From Octopus vulgaris (Eukaryota): a stretch of 64,000 nt of DNA. A model generated the notes under the pieces. It worked only from the letters and a program-made list of their open reading frames with translations, was not told the origin of the DNA and did no database searches. The translations under genes and the position numbers were made by a program. This document shows, piece by piece, positions 1 through 10,530 of this stretch (position 1 is the first letter of the stretch; each line of letters opens with the position of its first letter). The DNA lies in contig OX597828.1 of NCBI GenBank assembly GCA_951406725.2, forward strand, positions 10,292,001-10,356,000, read 5' to 3'.

Positions 1-349
1 TCATTTCTCACACGTAACTAAAGTAAAGAAATAGTCTAGAAGAATAGTTTCTCAGACAGGCAATTATATGATGCTATTTAAAATATGTAGCAGAATCAAT
101 ATTTAAAGTTAATTCAAGCATAAAACAACAAAAGTAATGACAAGGAAGAAAATAATCTTATCCCAATTAAGACTGTTGTTTTAATTCTTGATACGATATG
201 ATTGTTTTAAAATTTAGCAGACACAAATAAGGCATAATGTGATGTACTTTTTATGAAGATGTTTTATCGGTCAATTTAGTCGAACAGCTAATTTAAGAGA
301 AGGTAAATAGTGTTGGGTTCAAACAGGAACATAAAGACACACACACAGT

Positions 350-382
<33 letters not shown>

Positions 383-384
383 TT

Positions 385-515
385 TTTTCCGGTTCCCATC
401 TGCCAAATCCATTCACATGACTTTGGTGCAAGATTATAGTACGAGACAATTTCCCATATTTCTATGCACCTGGAACACTGCGACTGTAAAATGCATCCTT
501 ACCACTCAACCGTGT
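385..515 (-). mobile_element. Degenerate SINE family B, 5' part
   Basis: Reverse complement resembles the GTGAGTGGATTTGGTAGACGGAAACTGAAA block and tRNA-like head of the copy at 2790. Confidence 0.5.
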
Positions 516-612
516 GAGTGGTGGTAGACATGGAAATATGTGTGTGTGCGTTTATGTGTGAGTGTGTGTATGTATGATATGCATACATACATCATGCACA
601 TATGTATGTATG

Positions 613-707
<95 letters not shown>

Positions 708-782
708 GGACTGACCCACCGTTAGACGAGGTATGAGCGATCGACAATTTTTTGCCGAACAACTACGCAGATGATTTTTTTA

Positions 783-1601
783 TCTTTCATAATAAAACTG
801 AAAACATCTGTCCTTGTGCGTATGTATATCAGTATGTCCTTATTATCCGCCAAAACGGCTCAACCGATTTTGCTTAAACTTCACACGCACATTCCTTATA
901 TGTTGGTCTGGGGAGGTTTTAGGTATGAATTGATTTCGACAAAATGTTCGGGTAAACGGCGGGCGGAATATCATTTGGGCGTGGTTGAACGGTGTGCGTA
1001 ATTATTGTTAAACTTCCAAGAGAAATAACCTTTTCCCTCCTTCGTAAATTATTTGGTAAAAATGAAATTGAGTGTACATATTTCTTAGTATTTGAAATAT
1101 TATAGTTATTCTCTCAATTTATCCAGTACAAGGCTTAAACAAGTTAATATTATTCTTTTAAACAAGAGCTCAACTGATTTCGGTTAGTGACTTATTCACG
1201 AATATATCAACACTAGCGCTGCTGAGGGTAATATTCTCTGGGAACGCACAAAAGCTTTTTTCACAGTTAGTTACTATGAATTGTTATAATCATATCCTAT
1301 GTTCTATATACACTGGGAACATATCAAAGCCCTCTTCGGGGCTACTTATTTGAATTCTTTCTATAGGTAATTAATTTCATGTTATTACATAACTGACTTC
1401 ATAATTTGTGTATTCATAACTCATTGAGAATTCCTAAAACAAGATCCCTTTTAAGACAGTTCGGTATTCTCAATAACTACACAAAAACCGTTTTAAGGAC
1501 GACATACTTTGTATTATTGTTACTGGATTAGCGAAACAATTATGAGAATGGAACGAAGAGATAAACCCGCTTTCACGGCAATTACCGGGCATGCCACCTG
1601 G
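783..1601 (+). mobile_element. Non-autonomous Helitron-like element
   Basis: Starts A|TC (TCTTTCATAATAAAA). Internal AAAACGGCTCAACCGATTTT motif typical of short Helitron derivatives. Ends with a degenerate hairpin CACGGCAATTACCGGG, then 8 nt, then CTGG|T (CTRR 3' end). Confidence 0.6.
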
Positions 1602-1670
1602 TATATATATATATATATATGTGTGTCTCTGTGTGTGAGTGTGTGTGTATGTATATATATATATATATAT

Positions 1671-2066
1671 GCTTTCGGTGTAAATGGTTTTGTTATACGT
1701 TGACGCATTTTACATTCCTGTAACTAATAATTATGGTATTTTTCAATAAGCTTCAAGTTTATGGCTAAGGAAAATAGTCTAATAAGGGGGCATATAAGCT
1801 CTCGATAGAAAAAAGAAAGCTTTCCCATCCGCGTATAAAAGTAAAACACTTAGCCATGTTAACAAAGGAAAGTGGGTTCACGTCCCACGCGGATAGGAAA
1901 ACCTTCTTTTTACTATCGAGGGCTTATATGCCCCATTATTTGACTAGTTTCTTTAGTCATTGCAAGGTGAACGGCATAAGCTTTAAGCTTATATAAAAAA
2001 TACCATTATTATTATTTACAGGATTGTAAAATAGGGCACTGTATAATTAAGCCATTTGCACCGAAA

Positions 2067-2068
<2 letters not shown>
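1671..2068. repeat. Foldback (imperfect ~400-bp palindrome) embedded between (TA)n tracts
   Basis: Left end GCTTTCGGTGTAAATGG matches the reverse complement of the right end CCATTTGCACCGAAAGC. Arms ~1671-1833 and ~1887-2068 are roughly 80% identical by eye. Confidence 0.9.
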
Positions 2069-2115
<47 letters not shown>

Positions 2116-2123
2116 TATGTTTA

Positions 2124-2423
2124 TTGTAGCCTCAGGCCGACCAAAAGCTTGTGAGTGGATTTCGTTCTTGGAAACTGAAAGAAGACCGTTGTATATATGT
2201 GTATATTTGTGTATGTGTGTATCTTGTGCTTGTACCACCACAATTGCTAGACAACTGATGTTGCTGTGTTTACATTCGTGTAACTTAGCAGTTTTTGTGA
2301 AAGACACTGACAGAATGAGTACTAGGCTTACAAAGAATAAATCTTGTGGCTGGTTTCGTTGATCAACGACAGTGCTCCAGCATGGCCGGAGTCACATGAC
2401 TGAAACGAGTAAAGCAATAAAAA
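2124..2423 (+). mobile_element. SINE family B, 5'-truncated
   Basis: TAGCCTCAGGCCGACCAAA...AGTACTAGGCTTACAAAGAATAA...GTGCTCCAGCATGGCC...TGACTGAAAC blocks shared with 2790, 38040, 40877 and 56655. Confidence 0.85.
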
Positions 2424-2432
2424 TCTATGCCA

Positions 2433-2627
2433 TTTTAATCCCGAGCAGGTTCAGTTCGACACTAGCTGTACAGGTGCACCATGTGGTACATGTCAGATTA
2501 CGAATTGATCGCAGAGCAACGGGAAGTGCTTTGCTCAAGATCAAGACGCAATTCCCAATCTTGGAATCGAAACCCAGATCTCGCAATCGTGAGTTCAAAA
2601 CCCTAATCACTAAGCCGTGCACCTTCA
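2433..2627 (-). mobile_element. tRNA-headed SINE with CORE-like segment (family C head, distinct tail)
   Basis: Minus strand GGCTTAGTGATTAGG...CTCACGAT...GTTTCGATTCC (A/B boxes), then CTTGAGCAAAGCACTT. Head resembles the copy at 26227. Confidence 0.65.
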
Positions 2628-2659
2628 TACACACACATACACATGCACGCACATATATT

Positions 2660-2702
<43 letters not shown>

Positions 2703-2716
2703 ATGCATATACACAG

Positions 2717-2747
<31 letters not shown>

Positions 2748-2789
2748 CACACATATTTATAGATATATATACATATATATATATATATA

Positions 2790-3178
2790 AGCGTAGGAGT
2801 GGGTGTGTTGTAAGTAGCTTGCTTACCAACCACATGGTTCTGGGGTCAGCCCCACTGCTTGACACCTTGGGCATGTGTCTTCTACTATAGCCTCAGGCCG
2901 ACCAAAGTCTTGTGAGTGAATTTGGTAGACGGAAACTGAAAGAAGCCCGTCGAATATATGTATATATATATATATGTGTGTGTTTGTGTGTATATATATG
3001 TTTGTGTGTGTATATGTTTGTGTGTCTGTGTTTGCCCCCCCCCCCCCACAACAAAAGGGACCAATAGAAGAAGTACTAGGCTTACAAAGAATAATTTCTG
3101 GGGTCGATTAGCTCGATTAAATGCGGTGCTCCAGCATGGCCGCAGTCAAATGACTGAAACAAGTAAACGAGTAAAAGT
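2790..3178 (+). mobile_element. SINE family B, near full length (tRNA-derived, internal (TA)/(TG) microsatellite)
   Basis: Head GCGTAGGAGTGGGTGTGTTGTAAGTAGCTTGCTTACCAACCACATGGTTC; ACCTTGGGCA block; tail GGCCGCAGTCAAATGACTGAAACAAGTAAA. Resembles described tRNA-derived octopus SINEs; exact family name not verified. Confidence 0.9.
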
Positions 3179-3189
3179 GTATTATATAT

Positions 3190-3246
<57 letters not shown>

Positions 3247-3655
3247 TATATATTTGTGTGGGTGTATGTAACTATATAGCACATTACCATGATTCAGTAG
3301 TATTATTTTAAGTTACATATCTACAATATATACCTTTCCCTGTTCCTTATGCGTTTCCTCTACGCTGCTAAATATTTGAAATGTACCGTGTTTCGGTACT
3401 ACAGTTCTTAAAAATTGCCATGGCGAGTTTAGTATGTACTTTAAATTGCTAGTGAATATACAACGGAATTTGTTTGAAATATAACTTACACTATACTGCA
3501 AACAACACACGGAAAACGCACAAATGCATACATATGTGTGGATACGTGTTAATGTGAGCGTGTAAATATGAATACCCATACATACATAAACACAGATACC
3601 AATGCATATATAAATATGCTTGAATATAATCGTAGCTTTCTATCGCTCTACATAC

Positions 3656-3732
<77 letters not shown>

Positions 3733-3773
3733 TAATAATAATAATAATGATGATGATGATGATGATGATGATG

Positions 3774-3816
<43 letters not shown>

Positions 3817-3845
3817 TAATAATAATAATAATGATGATGATGATG

Positions 3846-3898
<53 letters not shown>

Positions 3899-3950
3899 TA
3901 TCATTATTATTATTATAATAATAATAATAATAATTATTATTATTATTATT
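3656..3950. repeat. Compound (AAT)n/(GAT)n/(TAT)n trinucleotide microsatellite
   Basis: Read directly; source of the poly-N/D/I ORFs. Confidence 0.97.
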
Positions 3951-4320
3951 ACTTTTATTATAGAAATGAGAATAATAGGAATAATAATATGCTGATCCAG
4001 ACTTAATTTGTTTATTTACGTATTTACGTAAAGCACATCACAAAATAGACGGATGTATTCGTACAGGAAACCCAGTTAGTTGAGTAGGTCACCAATTACC
4101 GTAAATACGCATATGGTACTATGAGGTTTTGATGGAATATTAGAATATAAGTGAACAATTTAAAAACACCTCAGAGTATATATTCCAATTTAATAAAGCT
4201 TTCAAGTTTACTTTGAAAAGAATTCTTTCTATATAATTCAGAATATCATAGCATTATTGCAACAAGTATTTATGAATTACATATACCATGTGTGTATATC
4301 TGTGTGTGCCTGCGTGCACG

Positions 4321-4354
<34 letters not shown>

Positions 4355-4670
4355 TGTGTGTGTATGTATATGTGTGTGTGTTTACTACGTGCGATAAATG
4401 CATTATAGATGTATACTCTGTATATGAATGTATACATATATATATATATATATAAATATGTATTTCAATATATGTATATGCATGTGTATGTATCTACCTG
4501 TATCTATTCATCAACGAATCTATATGTATTAATATCTGTATGAATGTATGTATGTATAGCTATCGATAACAATCCTTTATAAATACCTCTGAGAAATTAA
4601 AATTTTGGCGATTTAGAAGTGAAAAATTGAGTGTGATAATTGAATTGCGTAGACATACACACATACTATA

Positions 4671-4722
<52 letters not shown>

Positions 4723-5202
4723 GTGTGTGTGTGTGTGTAAATATATGTGTGAATGCATGTGTATGCGTCTACGTACACTTATTTGTGTTGATATATATAC
4801 TCAAAGAACATACGCAGAAGTACACACACTCACACTTATACATATTATTGCGATAAATGTGCGTATGTTTTTTTGAAAATATCCAATAACTTTCGCATAT
4901 ATTCAAATTTAATAACACACAGTCAGTTGAAAATAAACAGTAACTATTTTAAAGCATTAAATATTTATATCGATGTATTATGAAAGAAGAAAAGAAAAGG
5001 AATTACATAAGCTTATTACGACCTTTATGCCGTCAGCTTAATATACAAGATTAATGTTCGCTCTAAAATTATTGAACACAAATAGAATTGCACACATTTT
5101 CACTATGTATTTTCACCTTTTTAAAAAATATATTTGCTGAAATTTCCATTTTTTTTGTAGTGCATATTTTAATGCTTCTTCTGTACTTTTTATCCTTCTT
5201 AT

Positions 5203-5228
5203 TACTATTATGATTATCATTATTATTA

Positions 5229-5325
<97 letters not shown>

Positions 5326-5360
5326 TGTCGTTGTCGTTGTTGTTGTTTTTATTATTATTA
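5203..5360. repeat. (ATT)n/(GTT)n microsatellite
   Basis: Read directly. Confidence 0.97.
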
Positions 5361-6965
5361 ATATTATTTTGTTTTTGTTCAAAATAAAATATTTTATCTT
5401 TGAAAGTATGAATATAATCATAATAAAAAAAGTTTAAGGCAAATATATGGAATATATTTAAAGTAGAAAAGTCAAGATTCAAAGAGAAAAAGAAGGTAAT
5501 ATTCAAAGAACGAGTTAAAAAGATTCAACCGGTGTATGTTGAAAATATACAAAGAATGGTATTCTATATAAATGAATAAGACCAAAAGAAAATAAAAGGT
5601 GACGAGAGAAAAATATTTTTGATTTTATTTAGACACAACATATGCATATGCCCACATATATATATGAATATGTGTTTGACTACAGTTTTATAATGCTACG
5701 GTGAATGATGAGTTGTATAGAAGTGAGCAATTTTAAGTGTCACCTACTGCATCAAATGTGAAGAAAGAAAATGGCAAGTTGGCTAACTCTTTTACGAATA
5801 CATTTTAATGGTTCGCTGCAGCATGTTAAGAACAATCAGTGCTGTCCCTTCCATAACCCGGGCAATTATCAGTTATACTTCGAGTTTGTGTTATTATACT
5901 GTAGCTGATATTCCTATCACCTAGTGATTTTTCTTTCTATCTATTCATTTATTTATTGTGAATATCAATTTGATTCCAGCTTGACTCTGCTAAACAAAGC
6001 TAATATGAACATGCGAAACGCTTTCTTTGAATTGAAGATGTCGCATATTCATATCTGACAGCTGCTCATATTCAAACACAGTCTTCACTCATCCACCGCA
6101 CTATTATAACTTGCTCTTACAAAGCTCTAAACATCTAAGAAATTCTCGCATATACTTGCTCAATCACGTAATCTGTGTTGTTAACTATACTATATTTTGT
6201 TAAATATACTATATTTTGTAAAATAAATAGCCCCTACATTAAACTTGTTGTCTTTATTTGTCAATAAGATAAGGGCTTTCCAGGAAGCTTATTTCGATGA
6301 AGCTATTTTTATGTGACAGTACAAATAATCCGTATTATTCACTTTCTTTTGATTTAAGTCCAAATTACAATATCATAACTAGAACAAAGGGGGCGAAATC
6401 TATAAATATATCATCTCCTCACTTGGAGATAAAAGAACAAGGCTTGAAAAGCCGGCTTATTTTTGGGTATGAAATATCCATGAATTTTCTTTCGTATTTC
6501 TTGCGATATCGCATTATTTATATCATTTATGCATTAACATTTATATGCTTATACAAATATTATCGGCTCACTTGTTGACAGAAATTTGTAAAAGGATTAT
6601 GGTGTATTTTGGAAAATATTTGCCTATCTGTTTCTCCTTCCCCCTTCACCCTGCCTTTCACTCTCCTTCCCCTACTCTCTTTCTGGCATTGCTATTCTTA
6701 ATTTCTGTGTTTTTATTTGTGTCACAATGTATGTCAATGCGATCGAATAAGCGTGTCATTAAAATATCAGATGGGATACGGTGATATATCTTATCCAGCT
6801 TCCTTCATTTTGTATTCAAATCATACCAATACACGCAATACGACCTCAATGCTGGATCTGTTATGAAGGCGACAGAATACATGTCGGTATAAGCGCCTTA
6901 GAATTACACAGGTGAATCAAGGGTCCCTGAGATGGTGCATGCTACAAAGACATGCTCGATTATGA

Positions 6966-7033
<68 letters not shown>

Positions 7034-7036
<3 letters not shown>

Positions 7037-7396
7037 TAATAACAAAGGGTAAAATTAATTAATTAAGAAGTAATCAATAATTTCACCAAGTAGAATTCGG
7101 AATGAAAACAGGACCGTTTCACGGTAAACTTAAGTAATACTAATAAAAAGGGTTCAGCAAAGAATTGCTTCACCACACACCGAAGTTCAGAGATAGCAGC
7201 CAAAAATCTTAGCTATTTCTTCTACTTTTAAAAGGGTCTTCCAGAGAAACCAAAATACTTGAAGGTTATACTGTGTGAATAACGTTCAAGTATTTTGGTT
7301 TCTCTGGAAGACCCTTTTTAAAGTAGAAGAAATAGCTAAGATTTTTGGCTGCTATTTCTGAACTTCGGTGTGTGGTGAAGCAATTCTTTTTATTAG

Positions 7397-7398
<2 letters not shown>
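7034..7398. mobile_element. (TA)n-embedded non-coding element (family E) with a near-perfect internal palindrome
   Basis: Arms 7159-7269 and 7279-7389 are near-identical reverse complements. Family shared with 33290-33480 and 56420-56641 (GTAGAATTCGG.ATG, GGAC, CGGTAAA, ATAGCAGCCAAA blocks). Confidence 0.88.
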
Positions 7399-7451
<53 letters not shown>

Positions 7452-7454
7452 AAT

Positions 7455-7572
7455 GTGTGGTGGGAGGTTTCGTACTGCTGCTTAACACCTAGGATCCTTT
7501 CTACTATAGCTTCGGGACTAAAGGCTTGTGAGTGAATTTGGTAAACGGAAATTGAGGAGTACCGTCATATGC
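7455..7572 (+). mobile_element. SINE family B fragment
   Basis: TTCTACTATAGCTTCGGG...CTTGTGAGTGAATTTGGTAAACGGAAA block. Confidence 0.7.
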
Positions 7573-7582
7573 GTGTATATAT

Positions 7583-7658
<76 letters not shown>

Positions 7659-7662
<4 letters not shown>

Positions 7663-7912
7663 GTAAATATATGCCACAACGAAGTACCAATATTTACTGA
7701 AATCTGAAACCGACGCCGGTCCCACATTATCCTTTTCTAGGTATTTCATCTTTCAGATGTTCTCCCTGGAGGTAAGACAATTTTTTTCAAGTTTGTTGCA
7801 CTCACGCATTTTTGCTAGTACATACGCGCTGAAGCTATACATTAGCCTCGTATTATTACGTTCACTATTTCCAGTAAATATCGGTACTTCGTTGTGCTAT
7901 ATATTTACTTCT
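7659..7912. repeat. Inverted-repeat element within (TA)n context
   Basis: AGAAGTAAATATATGCCACAACGAAGTACCAATATTTACTG (7659-7699) versus the reverse complement of ~7872-7912; about 90% identical. Confidence 0.85.
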
Positions 7913-7976
7913 TTGTATATTTTTCCCTCACGGGCTATTCTTTACTGGAAAGCAATACTCTAGTATTGCATTACTA

Positions 7977-8042
<66 letters not shown>

Positions 8043-8046
<4 letters not shown>

Positions 8047-8190
8047 AAATATGCAACAAGAATATCCAGAGGTAATGCAGTACGATCGTTTAATGCAATT
8101 CCGTTGAATTTAAAATTATTCAATTAAATGGAGTTGCATGAAACGATCTTATTGCATTACCTCTAGACATCCATATTGCTTATTTGGATT
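8043..8190. repeat. Foldback element abutting (TA)n
   Basis: AGAGGTAATGCAGTACGATCGTTTAATGCAATTCC pairs with GGAGTTGCATGAAACGATCTTATTGCATTACCTCT; ~68-bp arms. Confidence 0.85.
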
Positions 8191-8339
8191 TTTCATCACT
8201 TTACTTTGAAATTGTATGGATAATACCGTACTACATTTTGGTGATTCAACTTAAGTACCATATTCATCTGAATCTATATATATATACATATGTGTGTGTG
8301 TGTGCGTGTGTGTGCGTGTATGTGTGTGTGTATATTTTT

Positions 8340-9170
8340 TAAATAACAAATAAATAGTTATGAAGGTAGCTATAGATTCTCATAAGTACTAATGACGTTA
8401 CAGTCTATTTACAAAGGTAGAAATTCCAGGGTTTAGTGAAATGTTCTTGTATGACAGATAAATGGAGAAACGGTGTTAAATGCATGTTTTATTCAAATCT
8501 TTATACTTCCCACATATGTTTCGAAAAAACTCTGGTATTGTTCCAGAGGGAATAAAATGATATAAAACAATGCAATCTTCTCATCAGGAAGAAAAGGAAA
8601 AACAAAACACAAAGGTAAAACATTTTATCCAAATGTTATGACTGCGTATAGAACTGCGTAAAAAACCGTTAACAGATTTAACGTCAAATGAAATTTAGTG
8701 AAAGAGAAGGAGGAGAAAGATAGAAACTAGCAGAAACCCAAGAGTGGAAAAATGTAGTGTGATAGATGAATGGGAATAAAGCTAAAAGTCGTGGAAATAG
8801 ATATATTTAGTCGCAATGAAATGTAAGAAGACAGTTAATGGTCGAATTTTGTAGATTTGTAGAAATTATTGGAACTAAAGTTATGCTTTTGCAAATGTTT
8901 GTAACGATAAACACGTTCTTTAAACGTGTTTACAAGAGATTCTCTGAGAACAGGATGATATAGAGTTCTTCGTTACAGAGGGGACAAAATTATTTTACAT
9001 TTATCATATGGAAAGTACCTAGATAGAATATTCCATTCCAAATCATATTGTTTATCATGTTCCCTCATTAACCAAATTAAATTACTAAACCCAGTATTAT
9101 CTATCGGGATTTATTATTTAAGCTTACGTCAATCCCACTGTGATGGTGTTTTGAAGATATAATAAAATAA
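8340..9170 (-). mobile_element. Penelope-like element relic (endonuclease C-terminal region plus 3' terminal region with hammerhead)
   Basis: Minus-strand translation NTGFSNLIWLMREHDKQYDLEWNILSRYFPYDKC..CPLCNEELY..TFKERVYR, with frameshifts. Same family as 36960-37760. Hammerhead motif downstream. Confidence 0.65.
8506..8591 (-). ncRNA. Degenerate type I minimal hammerhead ribozyme
   Basis: Minus strand CTTC-CTGATGA-(long stem II)-CGAAAC-ATAT-GT-GG-GAAG. Palindromic stem III; cleavage site non-canonical. Confidence 0.55.
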
Positions 9171-9227
9171 ATATGTAGAAAGTATAGAAATCTTTAAAAT
9201 ATATATATCGGGTACAGTACTGTTTTT

Positions 9228-9298
9228 AGTTCACGGATTTTCACCTATTGCGGGGATTCGGGGAACGTAACATCCCCGATAGTCGAGACATTACTATA
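9228..9298 (+). mobile_element. Tigger/pogo-like terminal fragment
   Basis: TTCACGGATTTTCACCTATTGCGGGG...GGAACGTAACATCCCCGATAGTCGAGACATTACTATA resembles pogo/Tigger right ends (...CGAGGGATTACTGTA). Confidence 0.45.
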
Positions 9299-10081
9299 TT
9301 TATATATAAAAAATAGACTTGCCTTTGCGTTGAATGCATCAGTCTGCATTCCTGGGATGTTAGCAATCCGTAGTATCCCTGAATATCAGGTAGATCATGT
9401 AGCTCACGTAGTCATGCATACGGACACTACAGACTACACTGTAATCATCCCAGGAATACAGTCTGTGATCTTAAGAGACACGAAGCTCGGGGAAACGCAC
9501 GTAGTAATGCATTGAATGTTAATAACTTAAATACAAGTATTATTGCTATTGTTTCTGTATTTATCCTACAGGTCGACGCAAACACAAAAACAGGTTCACG
9601 AGCAAGCATTATTAGACTGTGGCTAGTATAATGGAATAGGAGCTTTATTTGCATATTGTTACGAAAAATGTGTTCTCAAATTAGGAGGACACCAGATGTT
9701 TACGAGCTAGACAAATGAAAAAAACAAACATAACACTTAATTCCGTAACTTAATTCCGTAACTTAAGGTTTCACCATAAACAGTTGAATTATTTTCTGCG
9801 GCTCCTCGGGGAAATCGGAGCCGTCACATAATGGAACGAAACGCCACCTGTCTCCGTGAGAGAATATGCCTGTATAGAGTTCCACTATTATGAATCGAAA
9901 CTTCGATTCAAATGTCCTCATACTAGCGCGCCAAGCCACAAAATAACTGCAGTGAATATAATTCAGCAGTTGATCAACTGACTAGAGAACACAGATATTT
10001 AAAATCAAATACTAGGGGTAGTATTTAATATTATTAATAATATACTTTGCTACCCGTATTATATGTATATGTATATATATT

Positions 10082-10193
10082 GCCCTGTTCGCTTAGCCAG
10101 CGGGGTGGCGTCATTTGAAGGCTAAAACAATGCGAAGCGCATTGTGACCAGCGATGTGTAGAAACATATGATAGCCTGGTCGGTCACGGTGAT
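10082..10193 (+). mobile_element. SINE tail-B fragment (3' end into (TA)n)
   Basis: GCTTAGCCAGCGGGGTGGCGTCATTTGAAGGCTAAAACAATGCGAAGCGC...GGTCACGGTGAT; reverse complement of ~10238-10345. Confidence 0.9.
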
Positions 10194-10194
10194 A

Positions 10195-10228
<34 letters not shown>

Positions 10229-10232
<4 letters not shown>

Positions 10233-10530
10233 CCGTGATCACCGTGACCGACCAGGTTAACAGATGTTGCTAGACATCGCTGGTCACAATGCGCTTCGCA
10301 TTGTTTTAGCCTTCAAATGACGCCGCCCCGCTGGCTAAGCGAGCAGGCCAACAGAAGAAAGAGTGAGAGAAAGTTGCGGCGAAAGAGTACGGCAGGGATC
10401 GCCACCACTCCCTGCCGGAGCCTCGTGGAGCTTTAGGTGTTTTCGCTCAATAAGCACTCGCAACGCCGGTCAGGGAATTGAAACTGCGATCCTACAACCG
10501 CGAGTCCGCTGCCCTAACCACTGGGCCATT
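10229..10530 (-). mobile_element. SINE with tRNA-like head A plus tail B
   Basis: Minus strand AATGGCCCAGTGGTTAGGGCAGCGGACTCGCGG...GTTTCAATTCC head, GAGCGAAAACACCTAAAGCTCCACGAGG body, tail B. Confidence 0.92.

Noticed and set aside
7705-7740. Twister ribozyme suggested by GCCGGTCCCA
   Set aside because: The expected continuation (AGCCCGG) and remaining stems are absent.
9733-9765. 13-bp tandem repeat AACTTAATTCCGT
   Set aside because: About 2.5 copies; an ordinary slippage duplication.
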